NCBI GenBank assembly: GCA_963666055.2
Contig: CAXWPH010000015.1
Coordinates: 384,001-448,000, forward strand
DNA length: 64,000 nt
DNA from: Acidobacteriota bacterium
GTDB lineage: Bacteria; Acidobacteriota; UBA890; WLXD01
Direction of reading: 5' to 3'
Shown piece after piece: positions 1 to 9,846 of the stretch. Made by a program: the position numbers and the translations under genes. Within the stretch, counting starts at the first letter, position 1, and each line of letters begins with the position of its first letter. The notes beneath the pieces were generated by a model, which worked only from the letters and a program-made list of their open reading frames with translations, did not search any database and had not been told where the DNA came from.

Positions 1-483
1 GAAACGGATGAGCTGACTGCGAGGCTCCTCACAGTTTTCTGGAAGGAAGGTCCAGGCCTCGTTGCAGGCTTGATAGCCATACGGGGTGGCCAGATCGATG
101 TCGAGGATGCGTACCTCGAGGGCATCTCCCGGTTGCGCCCCTTCCACCCAGATCGGCCCGGTGACGATGTGACCACCGGGGCCGCGATCGGTGACCGCGG
201 CGTGGATAGCCCGCAACGACGCTTGGATCTCCGAGGGTGCCGCACCCAGACTCTCGAGATAGTCGGGACCCGCGGTGATCAGGCTGTCGACATCGACGAC
301 ATCACCCGACTCGACCCGCAAGACCGGCGCCAGCCGCGCATCGAAGTACCCCCATGCAACAGTCTGCGGCGTCGCCTCGAGGCGATGGACGGTTTCCAAG
401 GCCTGGGTCGGAAGGCCACCAGGGGCGGCACCAACCGTGCTCATAGATACGAGCATTGCCACCAGCGTCACCGTGATCCTCAT
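1..483 (-). CDS. Acetamidase/formamidase family protein with signal peptide (runs off the window start)
   Basis: Manual translation from ATG 483: MRITVTLVAMLVSM...ATPQTVAWGYFDARLAPVLRVESGDVV...GHIVTGPIWVEGAQPGDALEVRIL; GGAGGG RBS upstream. Confidence 0.8.
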   Translation of the reverse strand, partial: MRITVTLVAMLVSMSTVGAAPGGLPTQALETVHRLEATPQTVAWGYFDARLAPVLRVESGDVVDVDSLITAGPDYLESLGAAPSEIQASLRAIHAAVTDRGPGGHIVTGPIWVEGAQPGDALEVRILDIDLATPYGYQACNEAWTFLPENCEEPRSQLIRF

Positions 484-722
484 GAGTACCCTCCGCTATT
501 GGTCCGTCCTCCTGCTCACGCTACAGCGATCGGCGCGCCGGTTCCAGCGACGCGCCTGTTTGGGCCTCATCTGCTCAAAATCCACCTGCTCGGACGTCGT
601 ATGTATAGGCGTGAGTGCTGCAGCACGTGGAGCAGTGTTGAAGGGTGCGCTCGCCGTGCCGGAACTGAGCCGCTGCCCGCGGAGAGATATTCTGAAGCGG
701 ATATCCTGGAAGCAGCCTCCGC

Positions 723-2525
723 ATGAGGGTGCAAACGGTGGACAATGGCGCTATGACGAGTCTTTCGACGACGCCCAGTTTGGCGCTGGCGTGCATCGTT
801 TTCGCGGTCCTTGAAGTGAGTGCGCAGACTGCTCAGCGTCGCGCTGCTGGCAGCGACGGCGACGGTCAGGCCATGATCCGCTTGTCCGACGTCAGCCGTG
901 CCGCCGGGCTTCGATTCGACCACTTCGCCGGCCTCAGCCTCGAGAAGCACCTGCCAGAGATCATGGGCGGCGGCGTCGCCTGGCTGGACTACGATGTCGA
1001 CGGCCACTGGGATCTGTATCTCGTCGACAGCGGAGCGCTGCCGGGTGCAGCCCCCGTACGAACGCCGGCTCCGGGAGCCGGCGCCAACGCCATGTTTCGC
1101 GCTCGCCCGGGCGGTTTCTTCGACCGCGCCGACGGCGCCCGAGTGGCGCACAGCGGGTTCGGAATGGGCGTCACCGCCGGCGACTACGATGGCGACGGAT
1201 TCGTCGATCTGTTCGTTGCCAATTTCGGCCCTAACGTCCTCTATCGCAACAACGGCGACGGCACCTATGGCGACGTGACTGCGATGTTGGGTCTCGGTGA
1301 CGCGCGCTGGGGCAGCAGCGCCGCCTGGGGAGATCTCGACCTCGACGGGTTCCCGGAGCTCTACGTGGCGAACTACCTCCACTACGAGGTCGCCACGGCG
1401 CGCATCTGCGGTGATCTTACCCGCGGGAAGCGCAGCTACTGCCCGCCTGACCTCTACGATGGCGTCAGCGACGTCCTCTACCGAAACATCGGCGGGCGAG
1501 CATTCGAGGACATCACGGTGACGGCCGGGGTCGCGAATGCCGCCGACGGCAAGGGATTGGGCGTGACCATCGCCGACACCGATGGTGATCGGCTACCCGA
1601 CATCTACGTGGCCAATGACGGCACGCGCAACTTCCTCTACGCGAACCGAGGCGCGCTGCGCTTTGAGGATCAGGGGCTGTTCTCGGGTGCCGGCCTGAGC
1701 GTGAACGGGGCTCCGCAATCGGGCATGGGGGTGGATATAGGCGACCTGAACGGCGATGGTCTTCCGGAGATCGGAGTGACGAACTTCGAGGCTCAGCCCA
1801 TCAACATGTACCGTTCGACGACGCCGGGGCTGTTCCTCGACGAGACGTTTCGCTTCGGCACCGGCGATCGGACGTGGAACACGCTCGGGTTCGGGCTCGT
1901 TTTCGTCGACCTGGACGGCGACGGCGACCGGGACGTGGTGATCGCCAACGGGCACGTATCCGATCGCGTCGACAACTTTGCCCAGCCCAACCAGGTTTTC
2001 GCCAACCGCCACGCCGAGCGCTGGCTGGCCGGCTCGACCAAGGCCGAGGGCATGCTCCAAGAGATCTCCACGGAGGCGGGGTCGGCCCTGCAGCACGCCC
2101 GGGTCTCGCGCGCCCTCGCCCACGGGGACTTCGACGGAGATGGCTGGCCGGACCTCATCGTGTCCAACATCGACGGCCCGATCGAGTTGCTGCGAAACAT
2201 CTCCTCGCGAGGAAATCGACGAGTGGTGCTGAGGCTGCGGGGCCGCGACGCCAATCGCGATGCCTTTGGCAGCCGTGTCATTGTTACCACCTACCCGATC
2301 TCGAATCGGCCCTTCAAGCAATTCTTCGAGGTCACCAGTGCGACCTCCTATATCTCGCAGAGCAGCACCGACATTCACGTCGGGCTGGGACGCGCCAGCG
2401 GCGCCGAGTTCGAGGTGGTCTGGCCCGGCGGGACGAGCGAGCCCCTAGGTATCATCGAGGCCGGCCAGCTGGTGCTGGCGCAACAGGGTAAGGGCGTGGT
2501 GGCGACACGCCGGCTAAGCCGATGA
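723..2525 (+). CDS. CRTAC1 family protein (FG-GAP repeats plus ASPIC/UnbV C-terminus), secreted
   Basis: Repeated DxDGDGxxDL motifs, MGGGVAWLDYD, C-terminal NRDAFG...SYISQS...HVGLG. Confidence 0.9.
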   Translation: MRVQTVDNGAMTSLSTTPSLALACIVFAVLEVSAQTAQRRAAGSDGDGQAMIRLSDVSRAAGLRFDHFAGLSLEKHLPEIMGGGVAWLDYDVDGHWDLYLVDSGALPGAAPVRTPAPGAGANAMFRARPGGFFDRADGARVAHSGFGMGVTAGDYDGDGFVDLFVANFGPNVLYRNNGDGTYGDVTAMLGLGDARWGSSAAWGDLDLDGFPELYVANYLHYEVATARICGDLTRGKRSYCPPDLYDGVSDVLYRNIGGRAFEDITVTAGVANAADGKGLGVTIADTDGDRLPDIYVANDGTRNFLYANRGALRFEDQGLFSGAGLSVNGAPQSGMGVDIGDLNGDGLPEIGVTNFEAQPINMYRSTTPGLFLDETFRFGTGDRTWNTLGFGLVFVDLDGDGDRDVVIANGHVSDRVDNFAQPNQVFANRHAERWLAGSTKAEGMLQEISTEAGSALQHARVSRALAHGDFDGDGWPDLIVSNIDGPIELLRNISSRGNRRVVLRLRGRDANRDAFGSRVIVTTYPISNRPFKQFFEVTSATSYISQSSTDIHVGLGRASGAEFEVVWPGGTSEPLGIIEAGQLVLAQQGKGVVATRRLSR

Positions 2526-4093
2526 TTCCTGCCGTCGGCGCATTGTTGGCAGCGATCTACGCAGCCTCCGTGACGCCCGTGTGCGTGTGCTCGTCGGCAG
2601 CCGAAGATATCCAGGAGGGTCAGATAGCGCAGACTCTCTCGGCTGACGAACGTGCCGCCCGCGAGCGCTTCATCGCCGCACGCCGACTAGCCGAGCAGGG
2701 CAGCGTCGAGGAGGCATTGGAAGCTGCCGCCGAGGGCCTGGTGTTGAATGAGGACAACGCCGACGGGCTCAACCTCGTCGGGCAGCTCTACGAGCAGCTG
2801 GGCCGCGGGGCGGAGGCCGAGGACGCCTACTTGAAAGCGTCCAGGGTCGACCCGGAGTGGCCAATGCCGTACCGCAACCTGGGGAACCTCTACGTGGCGC
2901 GCGGCCAGCTGAACGACGCCGTGCTTGCCTTTCAACGCGCCTGGAAGCTCGACCCGGAGAACGTCGAGCTGGCTGTTGATATCGTCGTGGCACAGATCGG
3001 CTCTGGCGATCTGGCCGGCGCGATCGTCACCGCCGAGATCGCTGTCGAACGGGCCCCCGACGATCCTACGTCGCTCGAAATGCTCGCCCGCACCCTCAGC
3101 GCCAGTGAGCTGGTGGATGACCACTTGCAGCGCGCGCCCGCGGCCTTCCGACGGGCGATCGCGCTCGACCCCGAGCACGCCGACCTGTGGTTGGCTCTGG
3201 GTACCACCTACGACCGGCTGGCGCTGCGCACCCAGGCCGAACAGGCCTATCGACGCGCCATCGACCTCGGTCTCGACAACGCCCAAGTGCGTTATGAGCT
3301 CGGTCAGATTCTGTCGCGTCAGAACCAATTTGCACCGGCGCTGGAGGAGTATCAGCGCGCCATCGACGCGGACGCCGACGGAGATGGCTGGCCGGACCTC
3401 GCCGTGTCCAACAATGCCGGCTTCGCGGCCGCCTACTACGCACGCGGCGAGGCGCTCTTCGAGCTCGGCCGCGCCGAGGAGGCTCTGGCCGACTTCGAGT
3501 ACGCCATGCGGATATCACCCGGCGACCCCGATCCGGTGCTGGCGGCAGTGCAGGTCTACATGGTGCGAGGTGACCTGGCGTCTGCAGAGCGATTGCTGAG
3601 CGAGATCGCCTCGACAGCGACCAGCAAGCGTGCCGAGATCTCCCTCGCGGTGGGCCGGCTTCGCCTGCGGCAAGGGCGCGACGAGGAGGTCATCGAGGTG
3701 CTCACGTCCGTCCTGAGCACCACTCCGCAGCTGATCGAGGCGCGTTATCTCACCGGGCAGGCGCTGCTCCGGCTCGGACGCGTCGACGCGGGCCGTACGG
3801 TGCTTTCCGAGTACCAGCGCCTGCTGACGGAGGGCCACGCTCGCGGTCTCGACCTGCTGCGTAACGAGGTGGTGGGTCGGTGGCAGATCTATGTGCTGCG
3901 CGGGCGCGTGTACATCTACGAAGGGCGGCTCGACCTGGCGCTCGAGCAGATCGAGTCGGCCACGGTGCTGGCGCCCGACAATCCCGATGTCTGGCAAGCG
4001 CTCGCCGAGCTGCATGATCTGCGGAACGAGGCCGAGGCCGCCGCGGCTGCTCGCCGCCGGGCCGAGTCTCTGCGCGGTTCCGGCGCTAGCTGA
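2522..4093 (+). CDS. Tetratricopeptide repeat protein, secreted
   Basis: Multiple TPRs (AYLKASRVDPEWPMPYRNLG, AFRRAIALDPEHADLWLALG); ATGA overlap with the upstream gene. Confidence 0.85.
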   Translation: MIPAVGALLAAIYAASVTPVCVCSSAAEDIQEGQIAQTLSADERAARERFIAARRLAEQGSVEEALEAAAEGLVLNEDNADGLNLVGQLYEQLGRGAEAEDAYLKASRVDPEWPMPYRNLGNLYVARGQLNDAVLAFQRAWKLDPENVELAVDIVVAQIGSGDLAGAIVTAEIAVERAPDDPTSLEMLARTLSASELVDDHLQRAPAAFRRAIALDPEHADLWLALGTTYDRLALRTQAEQAYRRAIDLGLDNAQVRYELGQILSRQNQFAPALEEYQRAIDADADGDGWPDLAVSNNAGFAAAYYARGEALFELGRAEEALADFEYAMRISPGDPDPVLAAVQVYMVRGDLASAERLLSEIASTATSKRAEISLAVGRLRLRQGRDEEVIEVLTSVLSTTPQLIEARYLTGQALLRLGRVDAGRTVLSEYQRLLTEGHARGLDLLRNEVVGRWQIYVLRGRVYIYEGRLDLALEQIESATVLAPDNPDVWQALAELHDLRNEAEAAAAARRRAESLRGSGAS

Positions 4094-4218
4094 TCCTTGG
4101 CGATCCCCGGACTGCAGTTCGCTCGACAGTTGACCTGCCATCACGCTGCTGCCAACGTAGCCGGGCTCGACGTACGACGTCGACGATCAGAGCAACCGCC
4201 CGCAGCGATTAGGAGCGA

Positions 4219-6321
4219 GTGATGAGGCTCGGACACCACAAGACACTCTTGGTTTACCTGGTGGTCATCTTGGCCGGTCTCGCGGCTGCGAAGGCGTTGA
4301 TGGCGCATGGCAGTGAGGCCCGTCTGGTCAAGCTCATGCCATGGCAAAAGGAGCGGGTTGTCCGGGTGCTGGCGGCGGAGCGCTCCGAGCTCGGGGTGCG
4401 GGGCTCCGATCGACGCATCGAGATGATGACGATCGGCGACCGATCCTGCGTTGCGGGGCCGGTCATCGCCTTGGACGTCGACGATGACTACGCCTTCGAT
4501 ATCGACGAGCCGGTCTATCTGACGCTCACCTATGTCCCGGAGCTCACGGCGCCGTTCACCGTCGGCTGGGACCAGAACGGCGGTGCAGGCGTCGGCGTCT
4601 CGGAGCGCATCGAGCCACAGCTGGGAGGCATGTTCCGCCGCCTGACGCTGACCCTCGATCGCGCCCGTCTGGCCGGCCAGGGTCTCCGACGCACCGACAT
4701 CGCGGTCGGCGGGCAGGGTGGCATCGTGCTCTGCGACGTCGAGATCGTGCGCAGCGACAGCACCGTGACGCCGACGGCGTTTGGCCGCTTGCAGCTAAAG
4801 GTGACGGACGTCGGCTCAGAACGCCCGATCCCGGCACGGGTGGGGGTGTACGACTCGACCGGTCGTGCGCCGCTGCCGTCGGAGCAGGCGCTGTTGGTGC
4901 ATCGATTCACCGACGAGGTCCGTCTCGTCTGGGTCAATGGCAGAACGCTGTGGCCGTCGGACAACCGTCAGGCCTTCTATGTGAACGGCGACTACGAGGC
5001 TCGTTTGCCGGTGGGTACCTACGAGCTGGTGCTTACGCGAGGACCCGAATACCGTGTGGCGCGTCGCAGCTTCGAAGTTCGGGAGGACGACACCAGCAGG
5101 GTAACCGTGGCGTTGGAACGCTACGCAGATCTGCCGGCCCGCGGCTGGTTCTCCGGTGACTCCCACGTTCATATCCAGCGACACAAGGTCGACGACGAGG
5201 CCGTCTGGGGGCAACTGGCAGCCGAGGACGTTCATGTCGCCAACCTGCTGGAGATGGGCAACATCAGCGGTACTCATTTCAAGCAACCCGCCTGGGGCGA
5301 GGAGGGCCGCTTCGGACGCGATAGCTACATGCTGGTCTCCGGCCAGGAAGATCCGCGCACCGTACAGCGCGGCCACACAATCCATCACAATCTCTACCGC
5401 CCCTTCCATCAGGACCCGGACTCCTACTTCCTCTACCATCGCGTCTTCGAGGAGTCGCACCGCCAGGGGGGTATTTCGGGGTACGCGCACCTCGGGCAAC
5501 TGTTCAACGGCCGGCGGGGACTCGCCTTGGATGTCCCCTTCGGGATCGTCGACTTCATCGAGGTGCTGCAGGGCGGGCGTCTGTTCGGCGACATCTGGTA
5601 CAGCTTCTTGAACCTCGGCTTCAAGGTATTGCCGGTCGCGGGCGCCGATTTCCCGTACTTCGGACCGACCTTGCCGGGGGTCGAGCGCACCTACGTCAAG
5701 CTGGATGGCCCGTTCAGCGTCGACGCGTTCTTCGACGCCTTCCTGCGTGGGCGGGTATTCGTCAGCAACGGCCCGTTCTTGGAGTTCACCGTGAACGGCC
5801 ATGAGATCGGCGAGGAGCTACGGGTCGAGCGTGGTACCCGGCTGCAGATCGAGGCCGAAGCCTCGCTCAACCCGGATGTCGACCAGCTCGACCGCTTGGA
5901 GCTGTTGGTTCATGGTGAGGTGGTGACGTCGGTGCCGGCGGGCGGACGAGATCGTGTGCGGCTGCGCACGGAGATCACCGCCGATCGCAGCATGTGGCTC
6001 GCTGTTCGCGCCCTGGGGCAGCGCCAGGAGCGCCGCGACACGATCGTCGCTCACAGCGCCGCCACCGTCGTCATCGTCGATGACGAGCCCTTCTGGAAAC
6101 CGGAGGCCGTCCCCGAGCTGGTGGCGCTGCAACGCGCCCAATTGCAGGAGCTGATGACGGCACGGATCGCGCCGGATGACGATCTGGAGCCCTGGGAGAC
6201 TCGTTACTTATTGCTGCAACAGTGGGAGCGACAACGCTTGCTGCTGGAGGCTAGGGTGGAAGAGGCCGACGCGCGCTACGGCGATCTGCTGGAGCGCGTC
6301 CGGGCATCGTCGCGGCGTTAG
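4219..6321 (+). CDS. CehA/McbA family metallohydrolase
   Basis: GWFSGDSHVH, GYAH, FxxGRVFVSNGP, AHS motifs; carboxypeptidase-regulatory-like domain (RGPEYR). Confidence 0.85.
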   Translation: MMRLGHHKTLLVYLVVILAGLAAAKALMAHGSEARLVKLMPWQKERVVRVLAAERSELGVRGSDRRIEMMTIGDRSCVAGPVIALDVDDDYAFDIDEPVYLTLTYVPELTAPFTVGWDQNGGAGVGVSERIEPQLGGMFRRLTLTLDRARLAGQGLRRTDIAVGGQGGIVLCDVEIVRSDSTVTPTAFGRLQLKVTDVGSERPIPARVGVYDSTGRAPLPSEQALLVHRFTDEVRLVWVNGRTLWPSDNRQAFYVNGDYEARLPVGTYELVLTRGPEYRVARRSFEVREDDTSRVTVALERYADLPARGWFSGDSHVHIQRHKVDDEAVWGQLAAEDVHVANLLEMGNISGTHFKQPAWGEEGRFGRDSYMLVSGQEDPRTVQRGHTIHHNLYRPFHQDPDSYFLYHRVFEESHRQGGISGYAHLGQLFNGRRGLALDVPFGIVDFIEVLQGGRLFGDIWYSFLNLGFKVLPVAGADFPYFGPTLPGVERTYVKLDGPFSVDAFFDAFLRGRVFVSNGPFLEFTVNGHEIGEELRVERGTRLQIEAEASLNPDVDQLDRLELLVHGEVVTSVPAGGRDRVRLRTEITADRSMWLAVRALGQRQERRDTIVAHSAATVVIVDDEPFWKPEAVPELVALQRAQLQELMTARIAPDDDLEPWETRYLLLQQWERQRLLLEARVEEADARYGDLLERVRASSRR

Positions 6322-6337
6322 CAGGCCGTGGTGGAAG
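6318..6337 (+). repeat. Orphan terminal end of the 279-bp MITE family
   Basis: TTAGCAGGCCGTGGTGGAAG matches the TIR CTAGCAGGCCGTGGTGAAAG; contains the TAG stop of the upstream CDS. Confidence 0.7.
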
Positions 6338-6398
6338 CGTGGCGCGCCTGGCGACAGCTGGTCAGAGCGCGAGGATCAACCATGAAGGAGGATCGCCC

Positions 6399-8132
6399 AT
6401 GAATCGCGGCCCCATGAATCGGACCTCGGACCTTATTTTCCGCCTCACCGTCATCCTGGGAGCTGCCGTCTCGCTGACCGTCGCCGGATCCCTGATAGGC
6501 TCCGCATCGCCCGCTTCTCAGGGAGCCCAGCGTCTCGACGTGCTGATCAAGGGGGGACGTGTCTTTGACGGCAGCGGCAACCCGTGGATCCGCGCCGACG
6601 TGGGCGTGCGCGACGGCAGGATCACCGCGATCGGCGACCTCTCCGACGCCGACGCGGCGCGTGTCATCGACGCCGCCGGTATGGCGGTGGCCCCCGGCTT
6701 CATCGACATCCACAGCCATTCGGACGGCACTCTGCCTGTCGATGGCACGGGGCAAAGCAAGGTTCGCCAGGGGGTAACGTTGGATGTCGGCGGCGAGCGA
6801 TCGTCGGTAGCGCCACTTGCCGGCGAAGTACTGGAGGAACGCCGGCGCAGCGCCCGAAGCCAGGGCTACGATCTCGACTGGACCGATCTCGGCGGTTACT
6901 TCGAGCACCTGCTGCGTAAGGGCATCTCGCTCAACGTCGCCATCAAGGTGGCACCTCAGCAGATCAAGCGCATCGTCGTCGGTGGGAGCGTCGAGCAGGC
7001 TGCCAGCCCCGAACAGCTGGAGCGCATGAAGCAGCTGATCATCGAGGCGATGCACGACGGCGCCATCGGCATCGCCAGCTGGTTCCGCGGTGGCGGCTAT
7101 CGCTTCGCCGAAGAAATGATCCCGATGGCGCAGGCGGCGGTAGACCATGGCGCCGTGGTCTATGAAACGCATGTCGGAAGCGAGGGCTACCAGCTCGAGG
7201 AAGAGCTGCAGAAAGCGATCGACATCGTCGAGCAGACGGGCTTGCCGGTGAGCATTGCCCACTTCAAGATTCGCGGCCGCGCCATCTGGGATCGCCTGGA
7301 GCCTGCCATCCGCATGATCGAGGATGCGCGAGAGCGCGGCCTCGACATCACCGCCAACCAGTACCCCTACACGGCGATGACGCAGGGGTGGTCCAACTTC
7401 TTCCCGACCTGGGCGCGAGAGACGGAGGAGCTCGAGGAGCTCCTCGGGAGCACCGCCAACCGCGACCGTATCCGCAACGATCCTGAATGGATCCAGTACT
7501 TCGAGGAGCACGGCGGTATCGAGGGCGTCGTCCTGTGCTGTCTTCGAAACGACAGCCCGGTCAAGCAATACGACGGCATGAGCGTGGCGCAGATCGCCGC
7601 GCAGCGTGGTGACCCGGACCCGATCAACGCCCTCTTCGAGGTGGTCATGGAGAACGGTCGCTTCCCGGGCGGCATCCACCACAACCAATCGGAGGAGAAC
7701 GTTCGTCGCATCATGGCGCTTCCGTGGGTGGCGATCGCTTCCGACGGGTGGGCGGTGCGTCCCGACGGCGTTCTGGGTGAAGGGGTCGTGCACCCTCGCC
7801 TCTACGGCACCTTCCCGCGGGTGTTGGGACGCTACGTGCGCGACCAACCGCTGCTGACCTTGGCAGACGCGATCCGCAAGATGACCTCACTGCCGGCTCA
7901 GGTTCTGCGGCTCGAGGATAGGGGCCGATTGCTGCCAGGCTATTGGGCCGACGTCGTCGTCTTCGACCCGGGAACGGTCATCGACGTGGCGACCTACGAG
8001 GAGCCGCACCAGTACTCGATCGGCATCGACTATGTGCTGGTCAACGGGGTCGTTGTCATCGACGACGGAGAGCACACCGGTGCACGGCCCGGACGACCGG
8101 TTTATGGGCCCGGAAGACAAGCCACGCATTGA
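6399..8132 (+). CDS. N-acyl-D-amino-acid deacylase (D-aminoacylase) family amidohydrolase, secreted
   Basis: PGFIDIHSHSD, HPRLYGTFPRVLG, DRGRLLPGYWADVVVFD; AGGAGG RBS before ATG 6399. Confidence 0.9.
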   Translation: MNRGPMNRTSDLIFRLTVILGAAVSLTVAGSLIGSASPASQGAQRLDVLIKGGRVFDGSGNPWIRADVGVRDGRITAIGDLSDADAARVIDAAGMAVAPGFIDIHSHSDGTLPVDGTGQSKVRQGVTLDVGGERSSVAPLAGEVLEERRRSARSQGYDLDWTDLGGYFEHLLRKGISLNVAIKVAPQQIKRIVVGGSVEQAASPEQLERMKQLIIEAMHDGAIGIASWFRGGGYRFAEEMIPMAQAAVDHGAVVYETHVGSEGYQLEEELQKAIDIVEQTGLPVSIAHFKIRGRAIWDRLEPAIRMIEDARERGLDITANQYPYTAMTQGWSNFFPTWARETEELEELLGSTANRDRIRNDPEWIQYFEEHGGIEGVVLCCLRNDSPVKQYDGMSVAQIAAQRGDPDPINALFEVVMENGRFPGGIHHNQSEENVRRIMALPWVAIASDGWAVRPDGVLGEGVVHPRLYGTFPRVLGRYVRDQPLLTLADAIRKMTSLPAQVLRLEDRGRLLPGYWADVVVFDPGTVIDVATYEEPHQYSIGIDYVLVNGVVVIDDGEHTGARPGRPVYGPGRQATH

Positions 8133-8285
8133 ACGATCTGAACGATCGCCGTGGAGCTGGCGACGACATGTTTCGTTGCCTCGGGCAAGATCTGCCCGAT
8201 CCGTCGTCAACTCGACGATCCCGTGGCAGAATCGGTATTGTGCTTGCATGCAGGAATCTGGACATCTTGGCTGCGGGAGAAGGGT

Positions 8286-9836
8286 ATGGACAAGAAGAGC
8301 GATAAGAACGACAAGCGTACCGAGCGAAAGAAGGTCAGCCGTCGTGACTTCGCCAAGACGTCGGTTGCGGCAGGAGCCGCTGCGGTGGCGCTTCCCAAGG
8401 CGCTGCGTGCCGAGGCGTTAGCGGGGAAGGGAACGTCGACGGCAGCGAAGGCGCCGGCAGCCGCGGCGCGGGGCCCGATCACGATGCCGCCCGAGGTGTC
8501 GTATGGCGGCCTCGATTTCGACGGTCGCGATGTGCTGCTGGAGGAAATCCTGTCGCCGCCCGGGGAAGCGCCGAACTATCCAGGAGGATGGCAGGAGGGG
8601 ACTACGCTCCCGGCTGAGTACTACCTCGATGAGAAGCACTGGCTCAACGAGGAGCGCTTTCTCCGCGAGCACTTCTGGTTCATGGCCGACCACGAGAGCC
8701 GCATCGCCAATCCCGGCGACTACTTCCTCTTCGAGTTCGGGCGTGGCGACAGCGTCATCATCGCGCGTGCCGAAGACGGTTCCGTGAAGGCCCACCACAA
8801 CGTCTGTCGACACCGCGGATCGCGGATCTGCCTGCACGACCAGAACCTGCCCGGGTCGGCGAGGTCGGACGGCAAGCCGGAGGACCCGCGGCTGTCGGTA
8901 GTACAACAGGGACCGAGCGGTAACACGGCGGTCTTTCGTTGCCCCTATCACTCCTGGACCTACGATCTCGACGGCAAGCTGATCTCGTTCCCGACCGGCA
9001 TGCCGGAGGGATTCGACGAGAACCAGCACGGCCTGCACCCGGCCCACGTGCGTGTGGTCGAAGGCTTCATCTTCGTCAGCCTGGCTGACCAGGAACCGAA
9101 GGGGTTCGACAAGTTCGTGGCCAACTGGCGACGTGTCTGCCAGTTCTACGGAACCGCGGGTATGAAAGTAGCGGCTCGCATACAGCACCCGACGAAGGCC
9201 AACTGGAAGCTGGCGATCGAGAACTTCGAGGAGTGCTATCACTGCGAGCCAGCGCACAAGTCGCTGGTAGAGGTGCAGTGGTGGCAGCGCAAGCACGTGC
9301 TGAGCGACGAGCAAGTTGCCGACATCGAGCAGGAGTTGGCACGTCACCAGCACCCGGACGAGCAACAGCGGAAGGGGGCGGCAGGGGTACGGGAGGACAC
9401 TTACACGATGAGCGTCCACCTGGCTCCCGGCTACGTGACCGGCAGCCTCGATGGTAAGCCGGTGGCGCCGCTCTTGCTCGATGAGTGGACCCATATGCGG
9501 CGCGGCGCCACGACCGGCTTCTCGACGTCGTTCTTCGCCGCCTACGACGACCACATCGCGGTCGCCCGGTTCACCCCGCGAGACATCGTGATGACCGATG
9601 TCGAGATCTTCTGGCTGGTCAAAGGCGACGCCAAGGACGATGAGGTAGATGTGGAGCGCATGATGGAGCTCTGGGACATCACCTACCGGGAGGATCTGTG
9701 GATCGTCGAGAACAACCAGCACGGGATCCGGAACAGCCGCTACAACTACGCCGGCGGACAGCCGTACGCCCGGCGTGAAGGCGGACCCGCGGGATTCATC
9801 AAGTGGTATATGACCGAGATAGCACCCCACGCTTGA
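8286..9836 (+). CDS. Rieske non-heme iron oxygenase alpha subunit (GbcA/choline monooxygenase-like) with Tat signal
   Basis: CRH...CPYH Rieske motif; ENFEECYHC...H and ED mononuclear iron motif; N-terminal SRRDFAK followed by a hydrophobic stretch. Confidence 0.9.
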   Translation: MDKKSDKNDKRTERKKVSRRDFAKTSVAAGAAAVALPKALRAEALAGKGTSTAAKAPAAAARGPITMPPEVSYGGLDFDGRDVLLEEILSPPGEAPNYPGGWQEGTTLPAEYYLDEKHWLNEERFLREHFWFMADHESRIANPGDYFLFEFGRGDSVIIARAEDGSVKAHHNVCRHRGSRICLHDQNLPGSARSDGKPEDPRLSVVQQGPSGNTAVFRCPYHSWTYDLDGKLISFPTGMPEGFDENQHGLHPAHVRVVEGFIFVSLADQEPKGFDKFVANWRRVCQFYGTAGMKVAARIQHPTKANWKLAIENFEECYHCEPAHKSLVEVQWWQRKHVLSDEQVADIEQELARHQHPDEQQRKGAAGVREDTYTMSVHLAPGYVTGSLDGKPVAPLLLDEWTHMRRGATTGFSTSFFAAYDDHIAVARFTPRDIVMTDVEIFWLVKGDAKDDEVDVERMMELWDITYREDLWIVENNQHGIRNSRYNYAGGQPYARREGGPAGFIKWYMTEIAPHA

Positions 9837-9846
9837 GGAGAAAGCC

